Source: a virus
Lineage: Duplodnaviria > Caudoviricetes
Direction: 5' to 3' (one strand)
Length of the DNA stretch: 59,008 nt
Virus record (IMG/VR): IMGVR_UViG_3300043777_000092
Location: 1-59,008 of that record
Of this stretch, positions 38,789 to 49,129 are shown one piece after another. Under the pieces are notes generated by a model, which had not been told where the DNA came from, made no database searches, and saw only the letters and a list, made by a program, of their open reading frames with translations. How positions within the stretch are numbered: position 1 is the first letter of the stretch; each line of letters opens with the position of its first letter. The translations under genes were made by a program, and so were the position numbers.

Positions 38789-39828
38789 ATCAACTCCGGG
38801 AGTGCCTCGTTATTTATGATGAACCGCTCCACGCCCCTGTTGAAGGAACATTGTAAGCATCTTTGGCACAGTTTGGGGACTATTTTTTCGGCAATCTCCC
38901 GGTGTTTTGCACTCAGCCAAATCGACTTAAACGACTGTTGGTTACAATTTCCAAAAACCAAATCCCTCCTATCGCAGCAAGCGCAGACACTTCCATCGGC
39001 CGAAATTACCGCGTTCGTGAAGGCCGAGTAGCAGGCGTCAAATTCCCGCTGGTCGAACACGTCCCGGTACCGCTTGCCCGTCAGGTGGACCACCACATTG
39101 TACGGAGGCGAAATCTCCTTAATCTCCTGCTGAATTTCGAGCCAGTGTCGCGTAAGACGTACCGGGGTTTCCTCCGAGAGCGGCCGGAATTGAATGTAAT
39201 CCACGCCAGCGGTAGCAGCAAAATCAAGCACGCGGCGAATACTTTCCCCCGAAGAGTTCGCATCAGCGCAAATGTAGGCAAGGCCCACCTCCGGCGATCC
39301 GTTCGTGCGGCTGTGGCACAATCCCTTGATGTCTGCCAACACAGTTCCAAATTCTCCTTCCCGCGTTCCGTGCATTTCCATGTGTTCTTTTTCATTCGAG
39401 GCATCAAGGCTAACCCTGATGTGGTCCGCGAGAAGAAGAGAAGAGAGCCACCTACGGATAAAGCCGCCATGCGTGACAAGCCACGTCCTAAAACCCATAT
39501 TTGCCGCTGCCCGCAGGATCAAACCAAACTGCGGATGCAGCGTAGGCTCGCCTCCGCCACTTAGGTTAATGGTCTTCGTGTCCATTTCCTTCAGGTCATG
39601 GAGCACTTCCAAGGCGACGTTGTATGGAAGTGTGTGCGATTTTTCAGCAATAGTCGCGCGACGAAAATCAAGCGGTTCGCACCAAAGTTAAGGGCATGCG
39701 TGCGAGCAAAGATTTGTCAGGTCAATGCTGGCCCTTATGGGACCGACCTGTTCACCGGCCAATGCCGAATCTATCCGATCAAAAAAGCGCAGGACGCGTA
39801 AATCCGAAAATCTTTCGCTCGTACTCAT
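38785..39828 (-). CDS. Radical SAM/SPASM protein interrupted by in-frame TAA at 39688-39690 (recoded gene or pseudogene)
   Basis: ATG 39828 coupled to the upstream stop; DLTNLCSHACP*LWCEP; SGGGEPTLHP; RVSLDA; C-terminal SPASM Cys (CY..CACC..CQRC). Confidence 0.85.
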
Positions 39829-40904
39829 GCCTGGGCGCACCCCCTTTCCGGCTGCTTCGCCACGGTATTCACGCGAACCGCGAGCAAGAGTTCCGCGAGT
39901 CTTCGCATAAGACTATGGTTTTTGTGGACCTCTTCACAGCCTGCTTGAGCTATTCGTGCTCGCTCCTGATCTCGGTCATCACTTACCCACTCACGAAGCA
40001 ACTGCGCGACATAGGGAATGTTCGTCGGGCTGTAGTAGACGAGATGGACGCCCGATTTCAAAGGTTCCATGTTGCGCTCGGCGCCGCGGTTCTCGGGGAG
40101 CATTGGGGTTAAGAGAAAAGTCCCGCACGCCATCGTTTCGTAAATCTTGCTCACAAGAAGCTGCGAGAGCGCCGGAAGGTTAAAGAAGACCTTGATCTGC
40201 CGGGTGTTCGACACCAGCAGCCGAATCGAGTCCTCCAAGTGGTAGCCGTGCAGGTCCGACACCGAGCACATCCCGCAGCGGATCGGCGGGTGATTGTGAT
40301 TGCTCAAGGACCGCAGGAAGAGCTGGCGCTTTGGGTACATGAGGCCGAGGAAGGCGATGTCGAAGCATTTCGCCTGCTGCACTTCAAATCGCGCGTCCTC
40401 TGCGGAGTTTCCACGCATCGTAACAAGACCATGGGGCTTGAACATCTCCGTATCCACTCCAAACGGCATCCAGTGCGAGCGCCCTTTCACGAACGGTTCC
40501 TGATCGTGAAACTCCGCGTCCTGAATCGCCGGGAAGAACCACTCGTCGCCCACCCACTTCAAGACGTCTAGGTCGATGGTGTAGTCCTCGCGGTTGCACG
40601 ATTCGTGCAGCCAGCACGCTTTCGGAACCGGGACGTGCTTCCAGTCGTACTTGCCGTATACGAGGTCGATCCACGGGGAAATGTGCTCGGGGCCGCTCAC
40701 GATGATGGCGTCACAGGTCTTGAGCGCGTCTACCTTCGGAGCGCCCGCTTTCACCATCTCGATCATGGGCTTCGAGGCTTCGCGGGCGGTGGGAAGCGGG
40801 CCTTCGAGGACAAAGTGCCCCATCCTGCGCAGGGTCTTGATGATCCCCATTCCCATATTCCATCCGCTTGTGGGATCGTTGGAGTGAAACACCGCTATCT
40901 TCAT
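39825..40904 (-). CDS. GT-B glycosyltransferase (CgeB-like)
   Basis: PFGVD, DIAFLG..YPKR, KIYETMACGTFLLT, RIAQAG..VHKNHS. Confidence 0.82.
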   Translation of the reverse strand: MKIAVFHSNDPTSGWNMGMGIIKTLRRMGHFVLEGPLPTAREASKPMIEMVKAGAPKVDALKTCDAIIVSGPEHISPWIDLVYGKYDWKHVPVPKACWLHESCNREDYTIDLDVLKWVGDEWFFPAIQDAEFHDQEPFVKGRSHWMPFGVDTEMFKPHGLVTMRGNSAEDARFEVQQAKCFDIAFLGLMYPKRQLFLRSLSNHNHPPIRCGMCSVSDLHGYHLEDSIRLLVSNTRQIKVFFNLPALSQLLVSKIYETMACGTFLLTPMLPENRGAERNMEPLKSGVHLVYYSPTNIPYVAQLLREWVSDDRDQERARIAQAGCEEVHKNHSLMRRLAELLLAVRVNTVAKQPERGCAQA

Positions 40905-41161
40905 CTGCTTTGCGGACTCATCCTTTCGACTCGCGTTTTTAGCACCTGCTCGAACTCAGCCCACACGCGGGACTCGGCCGCGAGCTTCACAATCTCGCCC
41001 GCGCGCCCGTGCCCCAGCGCCTCCGCGCGCATCGCTTCGTTCTTGGCGGTTTCCTCGGCCTTGGCGATCTTCCGCAGGCCGGACATAGCGATGAAGTTTT
41101 CGAGGAGGTCTTTCACGGCAACGTACTCTTCGCCGCTCAAGCGTTCACTTGGCAGAGCCAT
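40901..41161 (-). CDS. Small helical protein following the portal gene
   Basis: Overlaps the portal end; position typical of small head-associated genes. Confidence 0.55.
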   Translation of the reverse strand: MALPSERLSGEEYVAVKDLLENFIAMSGLRKIAKAEETAKNEAMRAEALGHGRAGEIVKLAAESRVWAEFEQVLKTRVERMSPQSR

Positions 41162-43382
41162 TCGGCTTTCCTTGCGGTTGGCTGTGATCGACTGGCGCTT
41201 CGAGGTTTGCGGCAGCGTCCGCGGCGTCGCTCGCGTGTTCGATCATCTTGCCGATACCTTTAGCATGGGTGAGTTCCGTGGGCAAGCCCTCTTTTCCAAG
41301 AATCGCGGCTTGAACGTCGGGAGGCAACTCTTCCCACTTCACGGACACCGAGATATTCATCTTAACCGGAGGCACAGGTGGCTGTGGTGGTGGTGGCGGC
41401 AGGATGATGTCCTCCGGGTTGATGCCCGGGGTAGCTTCCGCCAGCTTGGTGCAGACCGCGCGCAAATTGATGATGTCCGGGTGCCGCTCCCCGATGGCGA
41501 ACATCTGCTGCAAGCCCTTCACCTTAAATTCGTCGTCCGCTGAAAGCGTGGAACCCTGCTCCGGCAGAATCTCGTAGTCCTCCTGCATGTCCATCGGCGT
41601 CACGTCGATTACCCGAGCCTGGGCTCCCGCGTTGTTGATCGAAATGGCGTCAGTCTGCTCGAAGTCCGGCTTAAGCGGATTGGGGCTCTGCGGCTGCGGC
41701 GGAGTTTGCTGCTGCGGCACTTGGGCGTTGATGCGCTTAAAATAGGTGTCGGGTACCTTCACATTCTCGTTCATCGCCTGCTGATCCATCCACAGCTCGA
41801 GTTCCACTACCTCTCGGATGAACTGGCCAATTTGGTCAAGGGTGTCGGCGGTCACGCTGTCGGCAGTCTGCGCGGCAAGGCGCGCGGTTGTGGCGAACTT
41901 CCCGGCCTGCGCCACGTCCGACGTGCCAGGCGCGAAGTCGATTGTGGACGGGTCGGCCTGCTGCATCTGCTGCTGGAGTTGGGCTTGGTCCTGCCAAGCC
42001 TCGGCAGGAAGGCGAGGATCTTGCTGCCACTCCATATCGTTCAGGTTGTCGAGCATCAACAAACGTCCCCAACCGGTTCGCACGATGTCGTAAGCAGTGA
42101 TGTCTGAACCGCTGCGGGCCTTCAAAAGCGGTAGCAGAATGTTGTTGATGAAGTCCGTCGTCTGATTGAGCCGCTGATTCCGCAGCATTTGCAGGAATCG
42201 CGTTACCCGCAGCGTGCTCATCCCGATCCCGCCCAGCCAGTCGGGAATCATCACCATCTCGACGTACTGATACCGCCCGTAGGTTTCCCACGGGTACCAG
42301 AGCCGCCCGAGGTATTCGCTTTCCTCGCCCACGAAGTCGGTGCAGAGATGGCCGCCAACGATCGCGTGCCGCTCGTCCACCATGAAGCGCTTCTTCGGAG
42401 CCCGCACGGGCTTGCCGGCGGTGATCGGGTCAGCTAGGTCGATGGCATCGCGCAGATGGCGCCGCAGCGTCATTTCCTGGGTGTCAATGTAGGTGCGGTT
42501 GCCTGCCTTCTCCATCGTCTTTTCGCACGCCGCTGCGTCGAAGACGGGCTTTTCTTCACCCGTAACCGGGTTGATCGACTTCTGCTTGAGCCAGTATTGC
42601 AGCCACTCCTTGTCCCGCATCGAGTTCTCAATCCAGTACGCGGACTCGTTGGCCGACTTGAACCCGGGCTCGCCAAACATATCCCCGATGAAGACGTTAT
42701 CGAGCACGGGGCCCTTGTAGCGGAAGGTGCTTACGTTCAGGGAGGCTTCATCGCCCATTGCCGCCACGATTTGCGACATTTCGTTGTCGTCGAAGGGCGT
42801 TTCGTCCTTCAGGCGGTCGCCAAAGTGTGTCACGAGCGCAGCAATCTTCGGGTCGCCAGAGTTGGCGAGGTTGTCGAAGTCTGCCGGCTGGAGTTGCCGT
42901 GAGAGCCGCCGCAGACGCCGCACCACCGGAACCTCGTCGTAATAGACCTTGCCCATGCCCCAGCCGAGGCCGTAGGTGATGCTCACCGTCTGCTTGAACG
43001 ACTTCTGAGACTCGGCGCGGTCCCAGTTCCACATGAGTTTCGCGCTTACCTTGTCGCGCTGCGCTTGGCCTTGGGAGTTGTCTGGTCCACCGCGGACACG
43101 CAGGTTGGGCGGGTTGCGAGTCAAACGCGCGACGCCGCGGCGTTGCATGACGAAATGATCTGGCGTGCAGACGTTCGTGCGGTCGTGGTCGTCTTCCCAT
43201 TCCCCGGTCTTCGCGTTGAGCTTTTTGAGGGGTTTCGTGCGACCGTTCAGGTTGCGGTAGATTTCGGCAAATTCCGAGTAGTAATTCTCGTTGTAATAGC
43301 GCAGACTCGCCTTGCGCTGCTCGATCGTGTCAGAAACGATCTGCTGTGGCTTTACTTCCTCGTCGATGGTCTTCTCAGCCAT
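41145..43382 (-). CDS. Portal protein
   Basis: 745 aa; YGLGWGMGKV, GIGM, TATTA motifs; Q/P-rich C-terminus; position between terminase and capsid. Confidence 0.8.
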   Translation of the reverse strand: MAEKTIDEEVKPQQIVSDTIEQRKASLRYYNENYYSEFAEIYRNLNGRTKPLKKLNAKTGEWEDDHDRTNVCTPDHFVMQRRGVARLTRNPPNLRVRGGPDNSQGQAQRDKVSAKLMWNWDRAESQKSFKQTVSITYGLGWGMGKVYYDEVPVVRRLRRLSRQLQPADFDNLANSGDPKIAALVTHFGDRLKDETPFDDNEMSQIVAAMGDEASLNVSTFRYKGPVLDNVFIGDMFGEPGFKSANESAYWIENSMRDKEWLQYWLKQKSINPVTGEEKPVFDAAACEKTMEKAGNRTYIDTQEMTLRRHLRDAIDLADPITAGKPVRAPKKRFMVDERHAIVGGHLCTDFVGEESEYLGRLWYPWETYGRYQYVEMVMIPDWLGGIGMSTLRVTRFLQMLRNQRLNQTTDFINNILLPLLKARSGSDITAYDIVRTGWGRLLMLDNLNDMEWQQDPRLPAEAWQDQAQLQQQMQQADPSTIDFAPGTSDVAQAGKFATTARLAAQTADSVTADTLDQIGQFIREVVELELWMDQQAMNENVKVPDTYFKRINAQVPQQQTPPQPQSPNPLKPDFEQTDAISINNAGAQARVIDVTPMDMQEDYEILPEQGSTLSADDEFKVKGLQQMFAIGERHPDIINLRAVCTKLAEATPGINPEDIILPPPPPQPPVPPVKMNISVSVKWEELPPDVQAAILGKEGLPTELTHAKGIGKMIEHASDAADAAANLEAPVDHSQPQGKPNGSAK

Positions 43383-43409
43383 ATGCGCCTGATAGTCTCA
43401 CAATCGCGC

Positions 43410-45413
43410 TCACTGTACGAGCAAGCCTGCCTTCGGCGGGGCGGATGGAACGCCCAGCGATAACTGCTGCACCGAAATCGAGGAAATGTCTCCAGCGTTG
43501 TTGGTCTGGTTCCCGATTCCAGCGTTGTAGAATGACAGTACGCCATTCGCCACGGTCACGTTCTGAGTCAGCGTATATGGCTCATTCGCTCCACCGGCAG
43601 CTACGCTCGGATCAACCGTGGCAACAAGTGCTCCCTGCGCGTAGAAGTAGAGCTTATCATTGCCAGCTGCTACTGTCGTTCCGAGGTTGTAAGTAACTTT
43701 ATATACCCCATTGGGAACGTGGTAATCAATCTTGAAATCGTTGATGGTGCCACTGCTGGCGTAATGGTTCCACCAAAGCTGCTTGTCCGTGATTGCTGGA
43801 AATGATGCGTTCTCTTGGCAGCATCCCTTCTCGGCAGGCGATACAGAAGAAGGCAGTCCATATCCGCCATACCAGACGTTGCTTCCTGAGTCGGTGTAAT
43901 TTGCCGTGTCCTGCGTAAATCGCATCACGGAAGGTGTCACATAGATCAGCATTTGAGCCGTTACTGAAGAATCCACGCTGCTCGTAAAGGTCACTGTCGT
44001 TGTCGTCACAGAAGATTCGGAAGACGGAGCGGTATAGAGACATCCACTCGTCAAACTTCCCACGGTCGGACTCATCGAGCAGGTATAAGCGCCATTGCTG
44101 TACGCAGTAAGCTGGAACTGCGGAGTTCCGGGCATCACGTAGAGTTGGTTCGTCGCCACGTTTACTGCTGTTCCCTGCAAATCGACGTGCGTGCAGGTTG
44201 TTCCCGTGCTGCTGTTGAAGCAGACGCGCTCGCCAGTGTTCACGCCACCGGATGTGGCAGATTCTTCGAGGCTCGATAGGTCTACGGCTCCCCAGTTAGA
44301 GGTTGCGATATTCGCGGAATTGATGGCTAGAAGCGCTGTGACTTCCGTCAGCGGCATGTTGTCCCAGTCGGTTGTGATAGTCCAATTTCCTCCTCCATCT
44401 GTCAGGAAGGTGCAATAGTTCTTCATCTCCGTCAGAATGATTTGCGCAGCCGCTGAGAAACCGGAAATGTCGTAGGCGGATTTAAGTCGGAAGCATGCCC
44501 CGTATGGAACAATGCCTCCGCCAGAATTGGTGTCAGTTTGCGCGGGCCAAACGTGACGGCTTCCTCCTGCATTGCAATTCGACCCCACACAGCATGCACT
44601 TGCCGTCCCCGAGTCGCAGATGAATCCGTTTGAGAGCGTCATCTGGAGGGCGTGCATAATTGCTCCACTCGTAGCCACCGCATTTACAAATTCCTGGGAA
44701 TGTAATGTCAGCGGAGCGATGAAAGTCCCCCCGGCATTCGATGCGCCATTTGTCGGGAGTCCGTAGTCCGCATAGGTGTATTGGACGCCTTCCTGCGAGT
44801 TGCAAGTCAGGCAGCTTGCATTGTCGGTGAGCGGATAATACTGGTACATTTCATAGAGATTCCCATTGGTTATGTCGATAGTAAGAAGGTGATGGTCATT
44901 TCCGGCGTTTGCCCGCATATCAAACCACCCATTTTCCACGTTTGCTGCGGGCCACAAGGGAATCTTGAAAGTCCCATTGTTCGCCGGATTGTAATAGAAC
45001 ACGATGGAATCTGTGCCTGTGGAAGCGTTGGCGTAGTTGATCGGATAGGCCGTATAGAAGTTGACGGGCGACGATCCTACGGCTGCCATGATCGTCGCCG
45101 AGTTCGAGGCCTCAGGCAGACCTGATATATTCGTGTTAATGATGTGATCGTTTGGGAGAAGCTGATAGCCCCCGAGTGACTGATTCGCAGCAAGCGTGGC
45201 GGGAGGAGTATACACACCACCCACGCTGATCGATCCTTTGCAGCCCGGGCAGGACCAACCAGTGCCGCCCGTACAGGTACCGGAAGTGCAGGAGAACGCA
45301 GTCGTGCTGCCGCCTGGAGTCGAAAGAGGATTCGTGGGCGAGATGACTGGGGCCTGCGCGTTAGCAATCCCAGCGGATAGTACTATTCCGATGATTAGAA
45401 ATAGAGTTCGCAT
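43410..45413 (-). CDS. Signal-peptide-bearing multidomain beta protein (Ig-like repeats, malectin-like C-terminus)
   Basis: MRTLFLIIGIVLSAGIANA|Q; GxYTAP repeats; YTDSGSNVW..VPNGVYKV. Confidence 0.65.
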   Translation of the reverse strand: MRTLFLIIGIVLSAGIANAQAPVISPTNPLSTPGGSTTAFSCTSGTCTGGTGWSCPGCKGSISVGGVYTPPATLAANQSLGGYQLLPNDHIINTNISGLPEASNSATIMAAVGSSPVNFYTAYPINYANASTGTDSIVFYYNPANNGTFKIPLWPAANVENGWFDMRANAGNDHHLLTIDITNGNLYEMYQYYPLTDNASCLTCNSQEGVQYTYADYGLPTNGASNAGGTFIAPLTLHSQEFVNAVATSGAIMHALQMTLSNGFICDSGTASACCVGSNCNAGGSRHVWPAQTDTNSGGGIVPYGACFRLKSAYDISGFSAAAQIILTEMKNYCTFLTDGGGNWTITTDWDNMPLTEVTALLAINSANIATSNWGAVDLSSLEESATSGGVNTGERVCFNSSTGTTCTHVDLQGTAVNVATNQLYVMPGTPQFQLTAYSNGAYTCSMSPTVGSLTSGCLYTAPSSESSVTTTTVTFTSSVDSSVTAQMLIYVTPSVMRFTQDTANYTDSGSNVWYGGYGLPSSVSPAEKGCCQENASFPAITDKQLWWNHYASSGTINDFKIDYHVPNGVYKVTYNLGTTVAAGNDKLYFYAQGALVATVDPSVAAGGANEPYTLTQNVTVANGVLSFYNAGIGNQTNNAGDISSISVQQLSLGVPSAPPKAGLLVQ

Positions 45414-46114
45414 CGCCTCTTCCAGATGGAAGGCATGAAGCCAAAACCACCCTTACCACCAATGCCAGCCTTCCCGCCAAAACCACCGCCGCCACTTGCT
45501 GCGGCACAGGTAGGCAAGCAATCCGCTGAAAAAAGCGTCACCGTCGGATTTGACCCGTTGTTGTATCCAACCATTCCAGGATAGCCAGAAGAAAATGTAC
45601 TGTCCGTAAAAGCAGTGCAGCCTGGCACTGAGGAACTGTTATGGGTGTAGGTGACGGTGGTCCCGGAAACAGACAATTCGAGCGTGTCACCGCTTACAAA
45701 CCCATCGTTCCCCGTGCTGGTGCAAAGATTAGTCCTAACTCCGCTGACAAATTTTACAACATTGGAGGTATTCGGCGTTCCATCTATCACCACGCAGTAG
45801 CCCGAGAACACACTATTGGACATGCGCACGCACGGCCCCAAATACGTGTCCACATTCCCAGTGCCTACCGTGATCGTAGCCTCTTGATTGTTGTTGAAAC
45901 TCTCAGCCGTATAGGAGTCCGAGGTATACGCACTGCTCGTCGTCGCTATGGCGGTATCGCTCGAAATTGACCAGTTATTCGATAGTGCTGTCCAATTTGT
46001 ACCAAGGTTTCCAGAGTTGGCACGTGTGAAGTTGTCAGTCGCCGGATATTGAGCCAAAACTGGGGTGGCACTGATCGCTAACAGTAGCCCCAAGAGTGGA
46101 AGAAGGCGCTTCAC
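45395..46114 (-). CDS. Signal-peptide-bearing beta-sandwich (lectin-like) protein
   Basis: MKRLLPLLGLLLAISATPVLA|Q; DNFTRAN..LGTNW; GDTLELSVSG; G-rich tail. Confidence 0.65.
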   Translation of the reverse strand: MKRLLPLLGLLLAISATPVLAQYPATDNFTRANSGNLGTNWTALSNNWSISSDTAIATTSSAYTSDSYTAESFNNNQEATITVGTGNVDTYLGPCVRMSNSVFSGYCVVIDGTPNTSNVVKFVSGVRTNLCTSTGNDGFVSGDTLELSVSGTTVTYTHNSSSVPGCTAFTDSTFSSGYPGMVGYNNGSNPTVTLFSADCLPTCAAASGGGGFGGKAGIGGKGGFGFMPSIWKRRCELYF

Positions 46115-47973
46115 TGATAGATCACCGAGCAGGCGCTATCCCGCTTCACGATGAAATTGTCGGACCCGGTGGTTGTGTAGACGTAAACACCAAAGACTCC
46201 AGGAGTTGCGTTCGAGGGCTGTTCAATGGTGCCGCTCAATTCGGCGCTCCAGATCGTGGTGATCGCTGAGGGCGTGAACGAGACAACGGAAGTGGGCGTA
46301 GTCGAAGCCAGATCGCTCAAAACGCCAGTGGCCGACCAAGCATGGCTCGCGGCAGCCCATACAACCGCGTGGTGGTTTGAGTAAGTCGGTGCCGTACCAG
46401 TAATCCCTACGCCGATCTCATCCACTACTGCCGCAGTCGCCTGATCGAAGTAAAGGAGACAATCATACTTCACCACAGCCGCCTGGCTCACCGGCATGGT
46501 CGTGCTCAGGCCGGTCACGAGAACAAGAGTCGTGCTGGTCGAGTCGGTGAAATCGCTCGTTACCGTGAGCACTACCGGGACGGCATGCCAACTATCCGTA
46601 CAAACCGAAGCGGGGCATCCATTCGTCTGCTCATAAGACGGAATGACAGGAACCGTTCCCGCTATATTTTCGAGCATTGCCGTGACTGCCGTAGGAGCTT
46701 GCTTGCAGCGGGTGTTCGCCCCGTTGCACGGGGCAACCGCTGCGCTCGTAGTACCTTGAGCGAAAGCCTCAAAGGTCGCCGTCGTTCCATTTAATTCGTA
46801 CACCGGAGCCGTGACTACGCCTGTGAATGTCGGCGAGGCAAGGGGAGCGCATCCGGTGCATGCGGTCAAGATTTGTGCAGCTGTGGCCGTTGAAGGAATC
46901 CCCGTCGCGGTCGTGATGTACAAAATGCCGCTCGCAAGACCTGATAGTTGCACGCCATTCAAATAGCCGGATAGCGACACACAATCCAAATCCCATTGCG
47001 TCGAAGCAACTTGGTCAACTACCTGGGAGCATTTCGTGTAAGCGGTAGGAGCCGCCGTTGCGCCTGCTGTCCCCCCATTCAAGGAGATTGTCCACGTCGC
47101 AGGAGTGATCGTCGGAACGGTGCCGTGGATGAAATAATTGGTGAAGAAATTCGCGTTGCCAAGCGTGGTCGGAGTAGGCAATGCAGTGGCGGCAGCAGGA
47201 TTGTAGATCACGCCGTTGTTGTGGCTATATAAAACTGAGGCTGGCGCTGATTGGTCGGGAACGAGGCCGACGAGGGCCAGAGTCGGGGCTACCGCGGCTG
47301 CCGCGGTCACGTTCTCCACGAGCTGATACAAGCCGTTTGTCGTTCCAGGCGCCGCAACTCCCGGGCAGACTCCTGCTCCACCGCCGTACATCGGCCCGTA
47401 CTGTGTCAGCAGCGAACTGGCAGCCTCAGTCGTCGTGCTGGTGAAACAGGGGATGCCTCCGGACACACCCCCTGTCACGGTTACCGGGAAGGCTGAACCG
47501 CCAGATCCACTGCCTCCACCAGCTCGAGCAGACGCCGGCGAGGATGTGTTGATGATCGTGGAAATTCCACCGACAAGCGTGGACATCCGAACCCGCAAAT
47601 AGGTGAAGGCTCCGACATTGAACTGGTACCAACCCGTTCCGGTGGTGGAACTGGCCTGGGTCGAGGAGCTCGCGCTGTTCTGGACGCTGGTGATAGACGC
47701 CCAGCCGACCTGGTTGGTCAAGCAGTCCGCGGCGGTAGAGTTGCACGCCTCGAACTGCAGGGTGTTGGCCGAAGCGTTGGCCGTTACGTTGACGATTGCC
47801 GACCCGTTGTAGATGTTGGTTCGGGCCGGTCCGGTGATGGTTAAAGGAATGACAACGCAGGATGCAGCTACCGAGCAGTTTGTGCTGGCAGCGGAAAGCG
47901 TGGTCGTTTGCTGTGCGTGCCCGGGAAGGCACGCGGCAAGGAAAAGAACTGCAAGGCAGACTATTCGCTTGAT
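46111..47973 (-). CDS. Signal-peptide-bearing fibre-like protein, probable ATC start
   Basis: Frame is open from 47973 (GGAGGTGATTC-ATC, in-frame TGA two codons upstream); KRIVCLAVLFLAACLPGHA|Q; APLASPTFTG motif. Confidence 0.7.
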   Translation of the reverse strand: MKRIVCLAVLFLAACLPGHAQQTTTLSAASTNCSVAASCVVIPLTITGPARTNIYNGSAIVNVTANASANTLQFEACNSTAADCLTNQVGWASITSVQNSASSSTQASSTTGTGWYQFNVGAFTYLRVRMSTLVGGISTIINTSSPASARAGGGSGSGGSAFPVTVTGGVSGGIPCFTSTTTEAASSLLTQYGPMYGGGAGVCPGVAAPGTTNGLYQLVENVTAAAAVAPTLALVGLVPDQSAPASVLYSHNNGVIYNPAAATALPTPTTLGNANFFTNYFIHGTVPTITPATWTISLNGGTAGATAAPTAYTKCSQVVDQVASTQWDLDCVSLSGYLNGVQLSGLASGILYITTATGIPSTATAAQILTACTGCAPLASPTFTGVVTAPVYELNGTTATFEAFAQGTTSAAVAPCNGANTRCKQAPTAVTAMLENIAGTVPVIPSYEQTNGCPASVCTDSWHAVPVVLTVTSDFTDSTSTTLVLVTGLSTTMPVSQAAVVKYDCLLYFDQATAAVVDEIGVGITGTAPTYSNHHAVVWAAASHAWSATGVLSDLASTTPTSVVSFTPSAITTIWSAELSGTIEQPSNATPGVFGVYVYTTTGSDNFIVKRDSACSVIYQ

Positions 47974-48002
47974 GAATCACCTCCGAAAAGGCGGGAAGAA
48001 GG

Positions 48003-48440
48003 TCACTGGCCGATACAGATGAAGCTGTATGTATCGGTGCTGCTGTTGGTTGCGGTCAGCACCGTGCTCGATGCGCTCGCGTTGGCTATTTTGAACACGC
48101 CGTTGGCTGCGGTCGTCGCATCGGAGGCAGTGCAAACGTAGCTTGTCGTGGACGTGTAAGGCAATCCCGTCAATGTGACGACGCCGGCGGTTGCGGGAGC
48201 GGTGCCGATTACCTCAATCGCCTTCGGAACGACTGTGTTCGCGCACGCTACGGTGGTGCCGCAATTGTAAATCAGGTCTTGGTTGATGACGTAATCGACG
48301 CCATTGGCTCCCAGGTGGAACAGGGCGGCAACCGGGTCCCACTGCACGTATGTCGCGGTCGAGCGCTGTGCGTGAATCCCGACAATCGTCAGCCCCACAA
48401 GCCCTAGAACAATCAGAATCTTTCCAAGGTATTTTCTCAT
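48003..48440 (-). CDS. Small signal-peptide-bearing beta protein
   Basis: MRKYLGKILIVLGLVGLTIVGIHA|Q; C-terminal YSFICIG fibre-tip-like end; GGAGG RBS. Confidence 0.7.
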   Translation of the reverse strand: MRKYLGKILIVLGLVGLTIVGIHAQRSTATYVQWDPVAALFHLGANGVDYVINQDLIYNCGTTVACANTVVPKAIEVIGTAPATAGVVTLTGLPYTSTTSYVCTASDATTAANGVFKIANASASSTVLTATNSSTDTYSFICIGQ

Positions 48441-49129
48441 CAGTCTGCCTCCGTGCCGCCGATAGTAACAGAAGATTCCGTGGAGGCTACGAAAAAACAT
48501 CCCGGCGTAGGACACCGGAACAGGCCGCGGGCCACGTAGAGCTTTCCCGCGTTCCCCATCTGATGAACGGTCTGCATCGTGTTCTTCTTTGTGGGCGTGA
48601 GGAAGGTGTAACCGAGGTTGCCGAGAAGGACCATGGTGACGCCGTGGCGCGAGCACACCGGCTTGAGCTTAAGCCCGCGCTGGCGGTAGATGATTTTCTG
48701 GATGAGGTCCGCTAAAGCCTCTGGCTCCGAGGTGCAATCAGGAAGAAAGCGGAAGTCTTTGATGAAGCGACGCCAGATCTCACGCGCCGACAGGGCGCCG
48801 CTTCGGTAGTTGAACGTGGGCCGATAGCACTCAGACAGCAAAATGAAACACCCCTACGATTTCGGCTTGAGGTGGTCCCAGATAAACTGCATCTTCTGGT
48901 CGATGCCGGGATTCATTTCCGCCCACAGGCAGTGATCCATCAGCTCAACGCGCTGCGCCATGAGCTTCTGCATCGCCTGGCTGTGGTCGCGTTGCTTGGC
49001 TTCCATGATCATGTCGAGGTCCTGAAGCTGCGCCTTGAGCTGTTCTGCGATCGTGGGTGGCTTCGGCACCGGGGGTGGGGTGGGTGCCATCTCTACTGGA
49101 TCAGGTTCTCTGCGAAGTGGATTTCTCAT
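48440..49129 (-). CDS. Two hypothetical proteins (48440-48841 Zn-binding CxxH/CxxxxC; 48854-49129 coiled coil)
   Basis: Tandem ORFs; AAGGAG RBS for 49129. Confidence 0.55.

Noticed and set aside
39685-39690. Genome-wide stop-codon reassignment
   Set aside because: TAA, TAG and TGA all end genes normally elsewhere; only one interrupted gene was seen
47426-47980. GTG-initiated 184-aa ORF as the real gene
   Set aside because: Its GTG lies inside the Shine-Dalgarno and the product looks like off-frame sequence; the alternative frame gives a clean signal peptide continuous with the 46111 ORF
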